64,000 bases of DNA, taken from positions 48,610,001 to 48,674,000 of the forward strand of contig CM097885.1 in NCBI GenBank assembly GCA_044892525.1. Direction: 5' to 3'. The position numbers and the translations under genes are program-made. The first letter of the stretch is position 1, and each line of letters begins with the position of its first letter. Of this stretch, positions 24,404 through 51,176 are shown piece by piece. The notes beneath the pieces were generated by a model. That model saw only the letters and a program-made list of their open reading frames with translations, made no database searches and was not told where the DNA came from. The stretch is from Schmidtea polychroa (taxonomy: Eukaryota).

Positions 24404-25814
24404 GTCTCAATTATCATTTAAGATATACAGTCAAGGAAAACATTATAACAAAATATCTGAGTTAAAAAATGCAATATTGGATGTTTGAGAAAATATTGAA
24501 ATAAAAAGGGTCATTAATTAATTCGATGACTAAAAGATGTGTAGAGGTATTGAAAAAAAAATCATGAACTCATGAACATCAATAAAATACTAATTTTTTC
24601 TAAAATACCTTGTATAGTCTCTTAAATAAAAAGTTTGTATAATGTGTCATATAGTTTTGAAACAGAATTTATTTGGCTAAATGCAATGTAGTAATTTAAA
24701 ATATACTAAAAATGGAAATTACAAATAACTAGTAATTGGAACAAATTTATTATAATTCTTAGTTGTATAGAAAATTAATACACTTATGCAGACTTGAAAA
24801 TAATTAGTGTTGACTACTTCGTTGGAAAAAGCAATGCTGTGTGAGTTGCATATAACCCTTGCGGTAGGTAATGTATTAAGTGTATTTAGTACCCATTTTT
24901 CACTATAAGACAAAAATATAAATGTTTCTCAGTAAATTCAAATTATCCAAACTTGGTGATAACTCCGAAAGGATGTGACATAGTATAAAATGTTTTAAAA
25001 CACTTAAACGTTTACTGACTTGTACTATCACAACTTGTTGAAATTATCATAAAATTAATCATAAATGAATCTCACAAACACATTACTGAATTTGTAAGCG
25101 AATTACAGACAGAAAATATTTATTTACTTTGATCATTGACAAAACTTAAATGATGATCTCAGAATTAAGAACTTTTTCACTGATTTTCAATCACTACATT
25201 TTCAATATTATAACAAAAAATCAATAACATTACAATATAGAATACAAACAAACTTACACGTGTGTTATGAAAATCGTTTCAAGAATAACATTTTCTATTA
25301 TGTATTGGACAAATAGGGTAAAAACAAATAAAACGTGCAAACATAAATACAGAGTAAAAATCACAACCAAACTTACAATGAAATTAAATATTTCAGTTTT
25401 AACATTTATTGAAGAATTTATTTGACAAAAAGTGATTTATAACACAAAATATGGAATTATTTTCTAGGTCTTTACTCCAAGAGCACGAGAAAACTTTAAA
25501 AATTATTTCGTCAATAATAAAACTTTTAATATTTTTGTAGTATTTAAAAAAATACATTAAAATAACTGAAATACTTGGAGACTGCAGTATATAAATTTTT
25601 AAATGTTAACTATTAAATGACTTATCATTTCAACAATGCATGTTTGAAAAAAAAATTAAAATTAATAAAAATAAATAAGTCACAATGATGTAAATGTACA
25701 CACAAACACTCACTACAATATATACAACATTGAAAATGGCATATAGGTATAATTGATAAAAATATAAATAAATTTCTGATTGTCACAGAACTTCATTTCT
25801 TTAAAACTGTAATT

Positions 25815-36615
<10,801 letters not shown>

Positions 36616-36789
36616 AATTCGAAATAATTTCTTTTACATTTGAATTAATAATTTATGATAAAAAATATATTTATGCTTATATTTTGATTTATAATATTAG
36701 TTATAATTCATCATTTGTATAACGAAGCTTTACTTCAGAATTAAAAAATGTAATATAATTGAATGAAACGAATGGTATATCGATTTATT

Positions 36790-37022
<233 letters not shown>

Positions 37023-38929
37023 ATATTTTTAGATTCCTTTAAAACTTATTTCAGCATTATTCAAACATGAAAAATTGAGATAATGATTGGATGGATTATT
37101 ATTTTCTAAGAAACTTAGTAGAATTTTCTCAACTGAAAAATGTGAAAAAAAGAAATGTTGGGCGTGCGTCGAATTTTCGGAATTATGGAGTTGTAATTAG
37201 ATAAAATTCTGTCAACTCTTTCACTGACTGATTTCTGATGAATTCGTAAAACATTTTCTTGCTGAGAGCCGAGATTTGAAAATATTTCGAACTACGAATT
37301 AAAAACTTATTAAACATTTTATGTTAATTTTATATATTATTATTCAAGTGATATTAATTTCATCATTTTATTCTTTTATTTTTACATTCAAATATTCTAT
37401 TTCTCAGATACCATAATCTTTTTATATCCTTATCTCCTTCTGTTCTATCAAATTCCATTTTCAATTTGTACTGCCTAGAGCAATTAACAGTTCTTACTAA
37501 AAAGAAACTTTAATTATATTTTCTAACAATTATTTTGTGTATAATATATACAATGTATATTATAAATATACAATTTTTAAAATAAACCTCATATAAAATT
37601 AGAGTCAACACTTCATCAAAGCTGCTAACTAGAAGACAGTACATATATAATATATAATATAAAAGAAATGAATATAAACGAAATAGCAAATGAAAACAGA
37701 CCAATAGTAAAGAGGTTATAAGATTTTATTGAAAAACATAACAATTTGTATAAAAACTCAAAGATTTGTATTTATATTTAGAAAGATTTGATAAAACAAA
37801 TACAAGGATAATGTTTTCTAAGTTAGCTGTAGATATTTGATATCTAGAAATATTCTTTTTAATAAAGTCATAAATGTGGCTAATAATCTTATTTTGATAC
37901 TAATATGAATGATGTATCATTGCCAAATTGAATCTACCATAAGGAGACGATTTGAACGCAACACTTAAAAAATACACCAATAATGTACAATTAACTGAAA
38001 ACTGCTCATTTTTCATTTTGATGTGTGAAATAAACAGAATGTATATTGTTTTCATCCAGTGACATACCACCACTAAGTATATGCACTTGTATCCACCAGA
38101 TATACATTATATACATACTAATTAGATTGAAAATATATACTTTTAGGCTAATGAAATGGTGTAAAATGATGATTTTCCTGTGGAAAAACCAAAAATTTGA
38201 TTAACTGTTAAACACAGAAGTTCGTTAGCTATTGAAGGGTAATTGTTTTAATCGCGTTGTTGAACTCTGGAATGTATGATAAAATAAAATATTGGAGGAT
38301 CAAATATCGGGATACGAAATACATGCATACAGGGTCCGTAGTAAAAAAAAGTTAGTAATGTAAGCATTTCAGTATTAATTTAGGATATAATTGTGTATTA
38401 CTATATTGGGATAATACTTTATTGTGTTTCTCTCGTTCGTTTCGTTTCTATTAAATTAATATGTTTCTTATATGGGCGTGGCTATTATTATTTTAGCAAA
38501 CAAAAACACAATACAACATTTTTTCATCGTTTCATATTGTGTTTTCCTTATGAACTATATTTTTACTTTATGTAAACGTATACTGTTGTTTCATATAGTT
38601 CCGAAGCAATGTTCTCTCTAAGACGAAAGGGTCTCTGCTTGAACAATCACAAGGATGAGTAGGCCAAATAATCAAATAGGCAAGTGTAACATCACCTTTA
38701 CACTCATACAAAATTGGTGAGTTTACTTTCGTAGTTTATGTCATTTATTAAACTACAAAGAAGGCCACAGGCTTAAAATGGTTGAGACGTTCTGATGTAG
38801 ATGGTGTTAATATTTTTCAATAGCCTAGAAAATCACACATCATACATGAGAACGATTTAAAATAGATATTTGCTTCCGGTCACAAGATTAAATCAGAAAA
38901 TGTGAATTCAACAAGGAATAAATTCAATT

Positions 38930-39600
38930 TCATGGATTTGAACTGGATAAATAAGGTGTCAAACCATTTAAAGAAAGAACATTACATATTCTCAAAACAG
39001 AGCAACCAAAAAATATTAGTATGCTAAGAATCTTTGCAGGCACCATTGAATATTGTAATAAGTTGATTTCAAATTTCTGTGGAAATTCGGCTTCGTTGCA
39101 TGATCTCATAACAAAAGAAGCTGGTATCAAGAGGAACTTTATTTGGGAAAAACTTCATAATGATGCATTTAAACAACCTTCAACATCTGATGTTTCGCTT
39201 GTTAATATAAAAGACACCTCATATGAATTAAGTGAATCTAATGAAGGTATTCTTGTATTCGCCAAAACTTGTATAAACTGGTATAATTCCAAACACCGTA
39301 CGATTCAAAATCATTCATATTAATATAATTAGGCCGTTGCTTCTTGTAAATAATGATTGATAAATGTCGTGGGATAAAGCAATTCTTGTCAATGAAATCT
39401 TTTTTCTAATGTGGTCAAAACACATGAAAGTTAATGGATTAGCAAATACGGCGTATCTGAAATTATTATTAGTGATTATTATCTTTTTTAATAACTTTTG
39501 TAAGAATAAGGGAATCAATCATAGAAGAACGACGACATACCATATACAATGCAATGGTAAAGTTGAAAAATGGGATCAAAGTCTAAAGATGTCTTAAGTC
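38930..39600 (+). mobile_element. Highly decayed Ty3/gypsy pol remnant
   Basis: LRIFAGTIEYCNKLISNF..LHDL..FIW..AFK and GINHRRTTTYHIQCNGKVEK. Confidence 0.7.
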
Positions 39601-41433
39601 TTAGTCAAGGCTTTTGTTGAAGATGCAACCAAAACATGGGCGCGTGATATACCGAAAGCGCTACTTGCGTTTAGCAACAGCCTCACTTCAAATGATTCAC
39701 GGTCACAACAGAGCTTGTTTTAAGAACTAAAAATAGGCTATTTGGTGATAAAGTAATTGTAACAACATTAAAATATGGTAACGATGACCAAGACTTTGAT
39801 ATAAACAGCGAGCAAAGATCGAAAGAAGGAAAATAAAAATGAAAACAATATTTATATACAGAAAGAGCTTGTCTCATTCAGCAAAGTCTGACTACAGAAA
39901 CTAATGACTAAGGGACTAATTTTTTCCTTATAGTGGTCCGTTAAAATTCCAATCAACAATGAAGACAAAATTGTGTCTGCCTACCGTCTTCGAGAGCAAC
40001 AGTAAAACCAAGGTGCAATCTTTGAGAAGAATTATGCAGGATTTAATTATAACAAAATTTATCAATTTTAATGTAATAATTCGTCGCAGTATTTCCTATT
40101 TTTAGCTATCTGCAGAACTGAAGACGGCGCATTTTCTGTGTTTTGTATTTGTACTTGTGTTTTTGATGTGACTTGAGAAGTACTAAATAATTCGTCACTT
40201 TCTAGTGTACGTTTATTGTTTTTTATTGTACCAGCTTTCAACCACTGATACATATTTAATCATAAATTCATTTAGAAATTAATTTAAGTTTGAAATTAAA
40301 ATAATGTTAAAACTTATCGATTGAAAATAAAGTTGTTATTAATTAGTAATATTATTACTGTAATAAGAATTGTGTAATCGCAAAAAACGAGTATTAAATT
40401 TGTCACAATACAATAGACACGCTTTGTAACATTGGGTCCATTTGAATTCTAACACAACCCGTTGTAATGTGATGATGAAATTCCGAGGGGCACACATAAC
40501 TTTGAACAATATTTTGTGTATAAATAGTGAGCGCTAAAACAGTTTTTTGTCCAATATTTGCCACCGCTTTGAAACTAAATTGAGGCGGGAGTTATATTTT
40601 TAACATCCGCTATTACTAATATTTTTTCGCGTACCCCCAGGGGTACGCGTACCACGGGTTGGGAATCGCTGATGTAATTGATTAATTTCAAATAAATTAA
40701 ATTTTACATTATAATATAATTTGTTTTAATTTATAGAAATCATAATAAATATGTCTTCAAATCTTCAATTAAAGAAAACAAATATTCCAAAATAGTTAAA
40801 TTCTCAAAAATGACATTTATCACATAACTATTTAGATTTTATTGAAATATTCAAAAAGGCACTTGCGCGCAGATTATTGCTCACCTACGATTGAGCGCAG
40901 AATCGTAGCGCGCAGCACAACTGCGACGTTATCGCGCAAAATTATTTGTCTTAATATTGTTTTCACAGTTAAAATTACTTTTCTGGCAAAATAACATAAT
41001 CTGACAAATAACATGCTTTTCAATTGAAAGTAAAGTACTGACATCACAAAATTATGGATCATTGTGAATCATCCCAACTTTCTAAATTTCGGGAGAGTAT
41101 ATATATACTATGAAAAATATTATGGAATTTGATGGAGTTTTATTAACTATAAATAAAATAATTACTTGCACACAATTGTCGGCGCGCAATAGTCGCTGCA
41201 GCATTCAAAAATATATTAATTATTTTTTTATTATTAATGAATTTATTTTACGCATTATAAAAAATTAAAATTTATAACTAAAATCTATATAATATCATTT
41301 TCTTATTAAATTTATATAATATGCAATGAATTTCATTGAAAAACAAATTTTTTTTATTAACCAATAAGATTTCGAATAATTAGTTGGATTAATTTCTTAA
41401 TAATTTCAATATTTTTTCCCGCAAAAACAAATT

Positions 41434-42984
41434 ATGGATCAGAATTACACTGTAAGAAATTCGACGTACAATATTTCAGTGAAATGGATCATGAAAATCT
41501 CTCCTGGAATGATATTTGTGGCCATTTTATTATCTTGCTGTTCGTTGTTGACGATTCTTGGTAACAGTTTGGTGATATTAGCGGTTTTGAAGGAGCGATG
41601 TCTGAGGTCGGTAACAAATTATTTCATTGTCTCATTAGCAGCTGCTGATTTGTTGATGGGTTTAATCGTGATGCCATTCGCTGTTTCAGAAGAGATACTT
41701 CAAGGGGTTTGGATTTATGGGTCTGTGTGGTGTGACTTTTGGCATGCTACTGATGTTTGGAGTTCAACTTGTAGTATATTAAACTTATGTGCAATAGCTG
41801 TTGAACGATACTACGCAACTCACAATCCGATTTTACACGCCGCGCGAATAAGTCGGCAAAGAAGTGGGTTTACAATAGCTGGGATATGGCTATTCTCTGC
41901 CATTATTTCATTTCCTGCTATTTTGTGGTGGCAAGCCAGAATGGATTATCCTCGTAATGAAAGCGAATGCCCTTTTACCAATGATAGTTCATATTTATTA
42001 TTGTCTTCAATTTTATCATTTTATATGCCACTGGTTATTATGGTTTTCGTATATTATAAAATATATAAAATCGCTACAGACACTCTTCGGTCATTGAAAT
42101 CTGGTTTTAGAGTAATAAAAGATAAATCAGAACAAGGTGATACTAAAATAATTCTCAACGTTCATCGAGGAGTAAATATAGATTCACACTCCTCTCGAAG
42201 TCCATCTATCGTAACTCCCTTTGAAATTGAATCTAAAAAATTAAATTATTCTCCATGTATAAACAGCACTAAATTCTTTTGTGACGACGTCAAGCCGATA
42301 GATCGGTCAAGTTTCCAGCAAAGTTTTAATAACTATTCCAGTCATTTAAGTCCAAGATTTCATCAAACAAATCCATCAATTTCAAAAGTAAAACCAGAGA
42401 ATATTTATATGGGTAGAGGAGATTCTCGGTATTCTTTGTGCTTAGAGCCAAATTTTGGAAGCTCATCGCCACATAGTAGAAGTAGTATAGCAAGTCCAGT
42501 AAAAGTCTTTACCAATAAACTATGTAACATTATATCGGGTAAAAGAACAAAAAATTTCTTACGAGATCAAAGAGCAGCCAAAACTCTAGGAATTGTTATG
42601 GGAATTTTTGTTTTATGTTGGTTACCATTTTTTGTTTGCAATATTTTGGTAGCAATCGACGGAGAGATATTGAAACTCAACACAAGAACATCTAAAATTG
42701 TCATTACTGTCGTTACATGGTTGGGCTATGTCAATTCGAGCATCAATCCGATCATCTATGCCCATTCAATGAGGGATTTTAGAACGGCTTTTGTAAAAAT
42801 ACTCACCTGTTTAGACTTAAAGTCTTGGTTGTGTAAAACCTCAGAATTTGAAAATTCGAGAAAGTTGTCCGTATTCAACAGTGATATTTATAAATCCAAA
42901 TCCATTCTTTGCATCAACATGAAATCGGCCTCTTCGAATGAATTGCATTTTAAAGACGAAATGACGCAATCTGTCGAAAAATAA
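41434..42984 (+). CDS. Intronless aminergic GPCR, D1-like/invertebrate-type dopamine receptor (Dop1R2-like)
   Basis: Seven TM segments; TNYFIVSLAAADL; CDFWHATDV (TM3 Asp); ERY; TM5 SSILSF; RAAKTLGIVMG..CWLPFF; WLGYVNS.INPIIY. Confidence 0.9.
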   Translation: MDQNYTVRNSTYNISVKWIMKISPGMIFVAILLSCCSLLTILGNSLVILAVLKERCLRSVTNYFIVSLAAADLLMGLIVMPFAVSEEILQGVWIYGSVWCDFWHATDVWSSTCSILNLCAIAVERYYATHNPILHAARISRQRSGFTIAGIWLFSAIISFPAILWWQARMDYPRNESECPFTNDSSYLLLSSILSFYMPLVIMVFVYYKIYKIATDTLRSLKSGFRVIKDKSEQGDTKIILNVHRGVNIDSHSSRSPSIVTPFEIESKKLNYSPCINSTKFFCDDVKPIDRSSFQQSFNNYSSHLSPRFHQTNPSISKVKPENIYMGRGDSRYSLCLEPNFGSSSPHSRSSIASPVKVFTNKLCNIISGKRTKNFLRDQRAAKTLGIVMGIFVLCWLPFFVCNILVAIDGEILKLNTRTSKIVITVVTWLGYVNSSINPIIYAHSMRDFRTAFVKILTCLDLKSWLCKTSEFENSRKLSVFNSDIYKSKSILCINMKSASSNELHFKDEMTQSVEK

Positions 42985-43465
42985 AAAAAATATTTATTAT
43001 TAACTTCCATTTTACTATAAATGATTCTTCATTGACATTTTATGTCTTTAGTATTTGGACAGATATTTTATGTTATTATCAAATACTTTTGATTTTCAAA
43101 TATATTGTGGAGTCGGCGTCCTATACATTTAGCATCGTTGGGATTTCAAGGAAGAACCCGATTTCATTTATTTATTTAATAAAGAAGTTAATAATTTCCT
43201 TTATTTTATATGTTACCGATGAAGTCTATAATGTGAACATTATATGTAATACAGTAGCGTAACTATAACCTTTTGGTCCTTACGTAAAATAAACTTTTAA
43301 GGCACCACTTAATAAGTCAATGTTGGTTTATGTGACCTGAAAATAATAGATATTAATTGAAAAGACAAAAATATGGAATTTTGATAACCAATGTATTTAT
43401 AAGTATAAAGTAATGATTTCCTCGTGCAGCATTAATTAAATATTAAACAAGTAAATGATAATATA

Positions 43466-44350
43466 CAGTGTCGGATAGCCTAATTGATCCACCCACATCT
43501 TTTACCATTATTCATTATTCCACATCCGAATAGGTTGAAATTTTAAACTGACATTTATCTTATCCTTATTGACAAATGTTCGAAGAAATTTGTCAATTTT
43601 GATGGTATATTCTAGTTTTAATAGCGAAAATGTAAATTTTGCAATTTTTCCATTTCCCCATTCTTTACACAATGCTTCTGCAATGTACTTAATAACAACG
43701 TAAATGTTATATTATGACAACAAGGAGTTGTGACAGTCTATATTACGTTTAAATAAAAGGAACACAATCATTGAGGTTCATAACGTCCATTTAATATTTC
43801 GTGGCACCTCCATGAATAGCAATCCATGTTTGGATGAGTTGTGCGTGGGAGTTTAGTGTCAGGTTATGATATCCACATTTGTTGGACTCCCTCAAGTACC
43901 TATTCAGCAAAATTGTATGTTTTCTGATACAAACACTGCTTCAAAATGGACCACAAGTTCTCACTGGGGTTCAAGTTAGGGAAAGTGGGAGACATTCCAT
44001 GACAACAAACTCTTTCTCCAAAGAAAATCACAGGTCACCTTAGATTTGTGATAAGGTGCATTGTCGTGTTGAAAGATGCAATATTTTGGTCCATCAAACC
44101 ACAAGTAAGCACTTGGTGACAGTTCGTTTTCAATAACAAAAATTTATCGCTCTATGTTCATGCTTCCACTTACACCCCGGAAACATCCTTATCTTCGTCT
44201 ATTGAAGCATCCCCATATCAAACTGCAACGATGGAAGGCTCGACGAGTTTCTTGCTATACAATACGTATGGGCTCTTTGATGGATCGTCGAACCAATTGA
44301 TTTCCTTGTAACATAGGGTTCATCTAAAAAGATAACTATAAAATTAAGCA
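43466..44350 (-). mobile_element. Decayed Tc1/mariner element
   Basis: TA|CAGTG end at 43464-43470; minus strand IFQHDNAPYH...NLNPSENLWSILK (frameshifted); distal boundary approximate. Confidence 0.7.
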
Positions 44351-46116
44351 AAAACATTAGTTTTGATAGTTATAATGTTTAAAACTTCTTTTAAACGTAC
44401 TTGAGACAAATTTTCAGTTGTCCAATCCTTATCGCATAGTGCCCACTCTAACCAAGAAAGTTTCCTTTCTGAATTCAAATCAGGAGCTGCTTACTTCGTT
44501 TCAATTCTCTCTGGACTGTACGTACAGACATATTCAAAGTTTCAGCACTTTTATCGTAGTAAATTTCTTGGGATCAGCATCACCACGTCTAATCAAAGCT
44601 TGCTCTTTCCTCTGAGTAATACTGTGATTCGATGCTAGTCTTCCAAATCGTCGAGAGGTGACATTACCAGGTTCTCGTCAAGGTGCAACATCACGATCCA
44701 CAGTTCTCCGGGGAATTTTTGTGATAACAGAGTAGATGGATATGTCCATTCCACACCATGTCCCATCCACACCACTAACCCCCACTTGGAGATTTTTTTA
44801 ACTCGGAATTTTATAACGGGCACAAATATATAGTCTATATATAGAAAAAATGCATAGTTTCCACGGAAATGAGCTCCAAAGTCTCTAACATCCGTATCAA
44901 ATGCCATAATTTAACATCATTCATATATTATCAAACATAGAAAATCTTATATTATAGAAATAAAATTATATTCTTCAACACACGGTGGGACAATGAAAAA
45001 AAGCTTTAATAAAATATTTAGAAAAATTTTTTTTAAATATGAAACTACTTTAAAGTGAAGGTCACACCACTTGACTTAGAAAAAAATTTGAAAATAAAAA
45101 TGCCTGGATAAATTTGAAAATTTTGAGGTCACACTACTTAGAAATTTATATATAAAAATACTTGGAAAAAATCAACAAAATACTAGAAAAAATTACATAG
45201 GATATTTACAAAATATTTTCAAATCAAAAAATAGCCAAAATAAATTTCCCAACTCGAAAATTTCCCAAAATTTAAAAAGTCCCAAAAATAAATTTCCCAA
45301 AATTTTCAATAACCATATCCTTTGTTGTAACATGGAGAATGGTTGAAAATTTTAAAGCCTTGATTCCTTGATTCTCTTTTCAAATGTATTATGAACTATG
45401 TGAAAATCACGCTCATATAGGGTATTCAAAGTATACAATATTGCTGATAGAACAAATAAAAGATTTCAAACTTTCTATGATGGACAACCTAATTCATCAC
45501 AAGGTGTTTATCAGAATCCGATGAGTGAGCCGTTTTGTGAGATAATCCGTCAGGTATTAAAAGTTTAATTTGATATTTTCAATGTTTGTTAGATATTGTT
45601 AAAGGCTGCTGCACAAGTATGTGAGGAAGTTCATAAATCTGGAACATTTGTTACTGTAATGTATTGCACGTGGAGAAGAATTTGTTGGCTACTTATTTTT
45701 TTTATTAAAAAAACTATATAGCGATTATGAGGAAGTTAAAAGATTCTTAAAGATTAATTAGAAATTTGGTAAAAATTTTAAAAATATTTTTATTGAAAAA
45801 TATTTTAAAAAGAAGAAATTTATCAATTTTAAAAAATATTTTTATCAAAGAAATATTTTAAGAAAATCTGAAATTTGTTTAAATAACAAAAATAAGAACA
45901 GGCAAGTTTTTTGAGATATCTTTTATTAAATAAAATTTTATGGAATTATTTAGTGATTTAAAAACGGATGAGAATCCTAATAGCGATAATTTATCTTGGT
46001 GAATTATCGCTATAGAAAATACAAATAACAAAAAATTGTTATTGTTATTACCACAATAAATTTGGGAATAAAGCATACAAATGCAACAAACCCTGCACCT
46101 TCGACAAAGAAGAGTC

Positions 46117-46180
46117 GGGAAACATATAAAGTCACCAATGATAGCACCGACAATTGGTGACAGCCAAACGTTCACGGTGC
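46117..46180 (+). promoter_or_regulatory. -1 programmed ribosomal frameshift signal (gag-pol): slippery GGGAAAC plus H-type pseudoknot
   Basis: G GGA AAC at 46117-46123, 7-nt spacer, stem 1 GTCACCAAT/ATTGGTGAC, stem 2 GCACCG/CGGTGC; the -1 frame leads into the protease. Confidence 0.8.
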
Positions 46181-49116
46181 ATAGCAATGGCCTTAATTTT
46201 CTTGTTGATTCAGGTTCAATAATTTCATTGTTACCGAATTACCTATACAAAAACACAAAAACCGAAACCGCAAATTTGTGCGCAGCAAACGGCAGCCCAA
46301 TGAAAACGTTCGGAAAGCAAAACATTAACATCACCATCAACAACACACAATACAATTGGCAATTCACTATCGCCGAAGTCAAACAAGCCATTTTAGGAGC
46401 AGATTTCCTTTCAAACTTCAATCGACTGTAAGTCGACTGTAAGAATGGAAAAATCATACCAAACAATTTAAATAACATACACCACAAAAATAAACAATCT
46501 AAAAAACAAATCAATTGTGACATCGGAGTAATAACAGCCCAACACGGTGAAACAAAAACAAATAAAACAGAAACAAACTGGCATATACCTAATGAAATCG
46601 CAAAACTGATACAAAATGTACCAAATATAACTAATGAATTAGAGACAAACAATAACACAAAATGCATAGCCGAACACATAATAATTAGCAACGGAAACCC
46701 AGTCCATGCAAAAGTCAGACAATTAGACAAAAATAAACTCGAAATAACTAAGAAAATATTCGACGAACTACTAGAAAACCAAATCGTCAAACACTCAAAC
46801 TCAAACTGGTCATCAGCCCTCATGCTTAAAGAAAAGGCAAACGGCGAATGGCGAGCCTGTGGAGACTACAGAGCATTAAACAATATCACAACAGCCGACA
46901 AATACCTAATTCCCATAATAAACGATATCATTAACAGATTTAACAAACTCAAAATTTTCAGCAAAATAGACTTAGAAAAAGCCTATCATCAAATTCCTGT
47001 CAGAACTGAAGACATAAAGAAAACAGCAATCATCACGCCTATAGGACTTTTCGAGTATAACAAAATGCCTTTTGGATTAAAAAATGCTGCAGCCACTTTC
47101 CAACGCTTCATGGACCAAATATTTCGAAATCAACAGAACACAGTCGCATACCTAGACGGCATCCTGATAGCATCAACAAACAAAACAGAACATATACAAA
47201 ATATTAAAAATGTGTTCGAAATATTAAGCAAACATGAGCTAAAAATTAACATAAAAAATGTGAATTCTTGAAAACAGAAATAAAATTTTTGGGACACCTG
47301 TTAAACGAAAACGGAACAAAACCATTAGACGACAAAATCAAAGCAATCAAAAATTACCCTTTACCCAAAACTACAAAAGAGCTAAGACGTTTCCTTGACA
47401 TGATCAATTTCTATCACAAATACATACCAAAATGTAGTGAAATGCTAGCCCCTCTCAACGAACTGAACAAAATAAAGAGAAACATCAAAATAAATTGGAA
47501 CGAAAAACTAATAACAGCTTTCGAACAGGCAAAAGAAAACCTGAAAAATGCAAGCATCCTAAACTATCCCAACCAAGAATTACCATACATAGTCAACACA
47601 GATTGTTCGGGATTAGCAATGGGCGGAACGATATTCCAAGAAGAAAATAACGAAAAAAGACCAATAGTTTTCTTCTCAAAGAAACTCAAAACTCACCAAA
47701 TGAGATACTCCATTTTTGACAGGGAGTTATTAGCGCTACATGATACAATCAGACATTCCCAATACCTATTGGAAGGAAAAGATTTCGAATTGTATACCTA
47801 TCATAAACCCTTAATAAACGCAATGAACATGAAAAATCCTTCACCGAGACAAATAAGACAATTAAACTATATCTCACAATTTAATTTCAAAATAAAATAC
47901 ATAGCAGGTTCAGCTAACATAAGTGCAGATGCATTATCAAGAATAGAAACTGACATCAATGCACTTAACATACCACCCATCATAGAGTTAGAAAATTTAA
48001 AAACTAAACAAAAAGAAACAAAAATCGAAACTCCAAGGTTGAATTCACTCCATTTCGAAGAAATAGACGGCATATGGTACGACACTTCAAACGACAATAA
48101 CAAAAGGATTATAGTACCAACAGAACTGCGCGATCAATACCTCCAGAAATATCACAACATCTACCATCCGGGAAACAAAGCCACATACGAACTTCTGCAT
48201 ATCAAAGTTGTTTGGCCTTATATGAGAAGGGACGTAAAAACGTTCGTAAAAAATTGCCCACAGTGTCAAAAGAATAAAATAACAACAAAACAATTCAAAA
48301 CAACAATTGTACAATTCCCAAGTTCTGAACCGTTCGAAACGATACATATCGACATAGTCGGTCCTCTACCTCCAAATAATAAACACAAGTATTTATAAAC
48401 TATAATAGACCGAAAAACAAATTGGTTCGAAGCCATTCCCATAAAGGAAATATCAGCAGCAAAAATATGCAGTAAATTAGAATTAAACTGGTTCGCCCGG
48501 TATGGCTGCCCAAAGACAATAATCAGCGATCAGGGTAGGCAGTTTGAATCCGACATTTTCAAAGGACTTTGCAACAAATATAACATCAACAAATCAGAAC
48601 AACAGCATACAATCCACAATCAAATGGAAAAGTGGAGAGATTACACCGATCAATAAAACAAGCAATCAGAACAAAAACAAATAATAACAACAACTGGTTA
48701 GAAAAATTACCAGGAATACTAATAGGATTACGAAAAAATCCTTCGAGCCTAAACAATAAAAGCCCTAGCCAATCAGTTTTTGGACACAATACAAACCTAC
48801 CCAACTTAAAGGAAGAAAACGAAAACAAGATAAAAACAACCGATAAAGAATCACAAATACCCATACTAACAAGTACTCTAAAAAACAAAAATAATCAAAA
48901 AAGCCAAAACCAAACAGAACTAATAATAGGCATGGTTTTAGTAAAGAAACCCTTCACTAGCGGATTTGAAACAAAGTACGAAGGCCCATACAAACTGTTA
49001 AATATGTGTAAAAACGTCGGCACAATTTTAAAAGACAATAAGCAAATCAAAATAAACATACGCAGATTAAAACCATATCACGAAAACAAAGCACCCACTT
49101 TTAACGATCACCACAA

Positions 49117-51176
<2,060 letters not shown>

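Larger units (their letters stand above)
21998..24560 (+). mobile_element. Decayed Tc1/mariner transposase interrupted by three insertions
   Basis: LNEYEKGKIDAY (HTH), IFLDEKKFNLNGPDG, FRPDNAPCH, WPARSLDLNTIENLWSQ, LINSMTKRCVEV. Confidence 0.8.
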
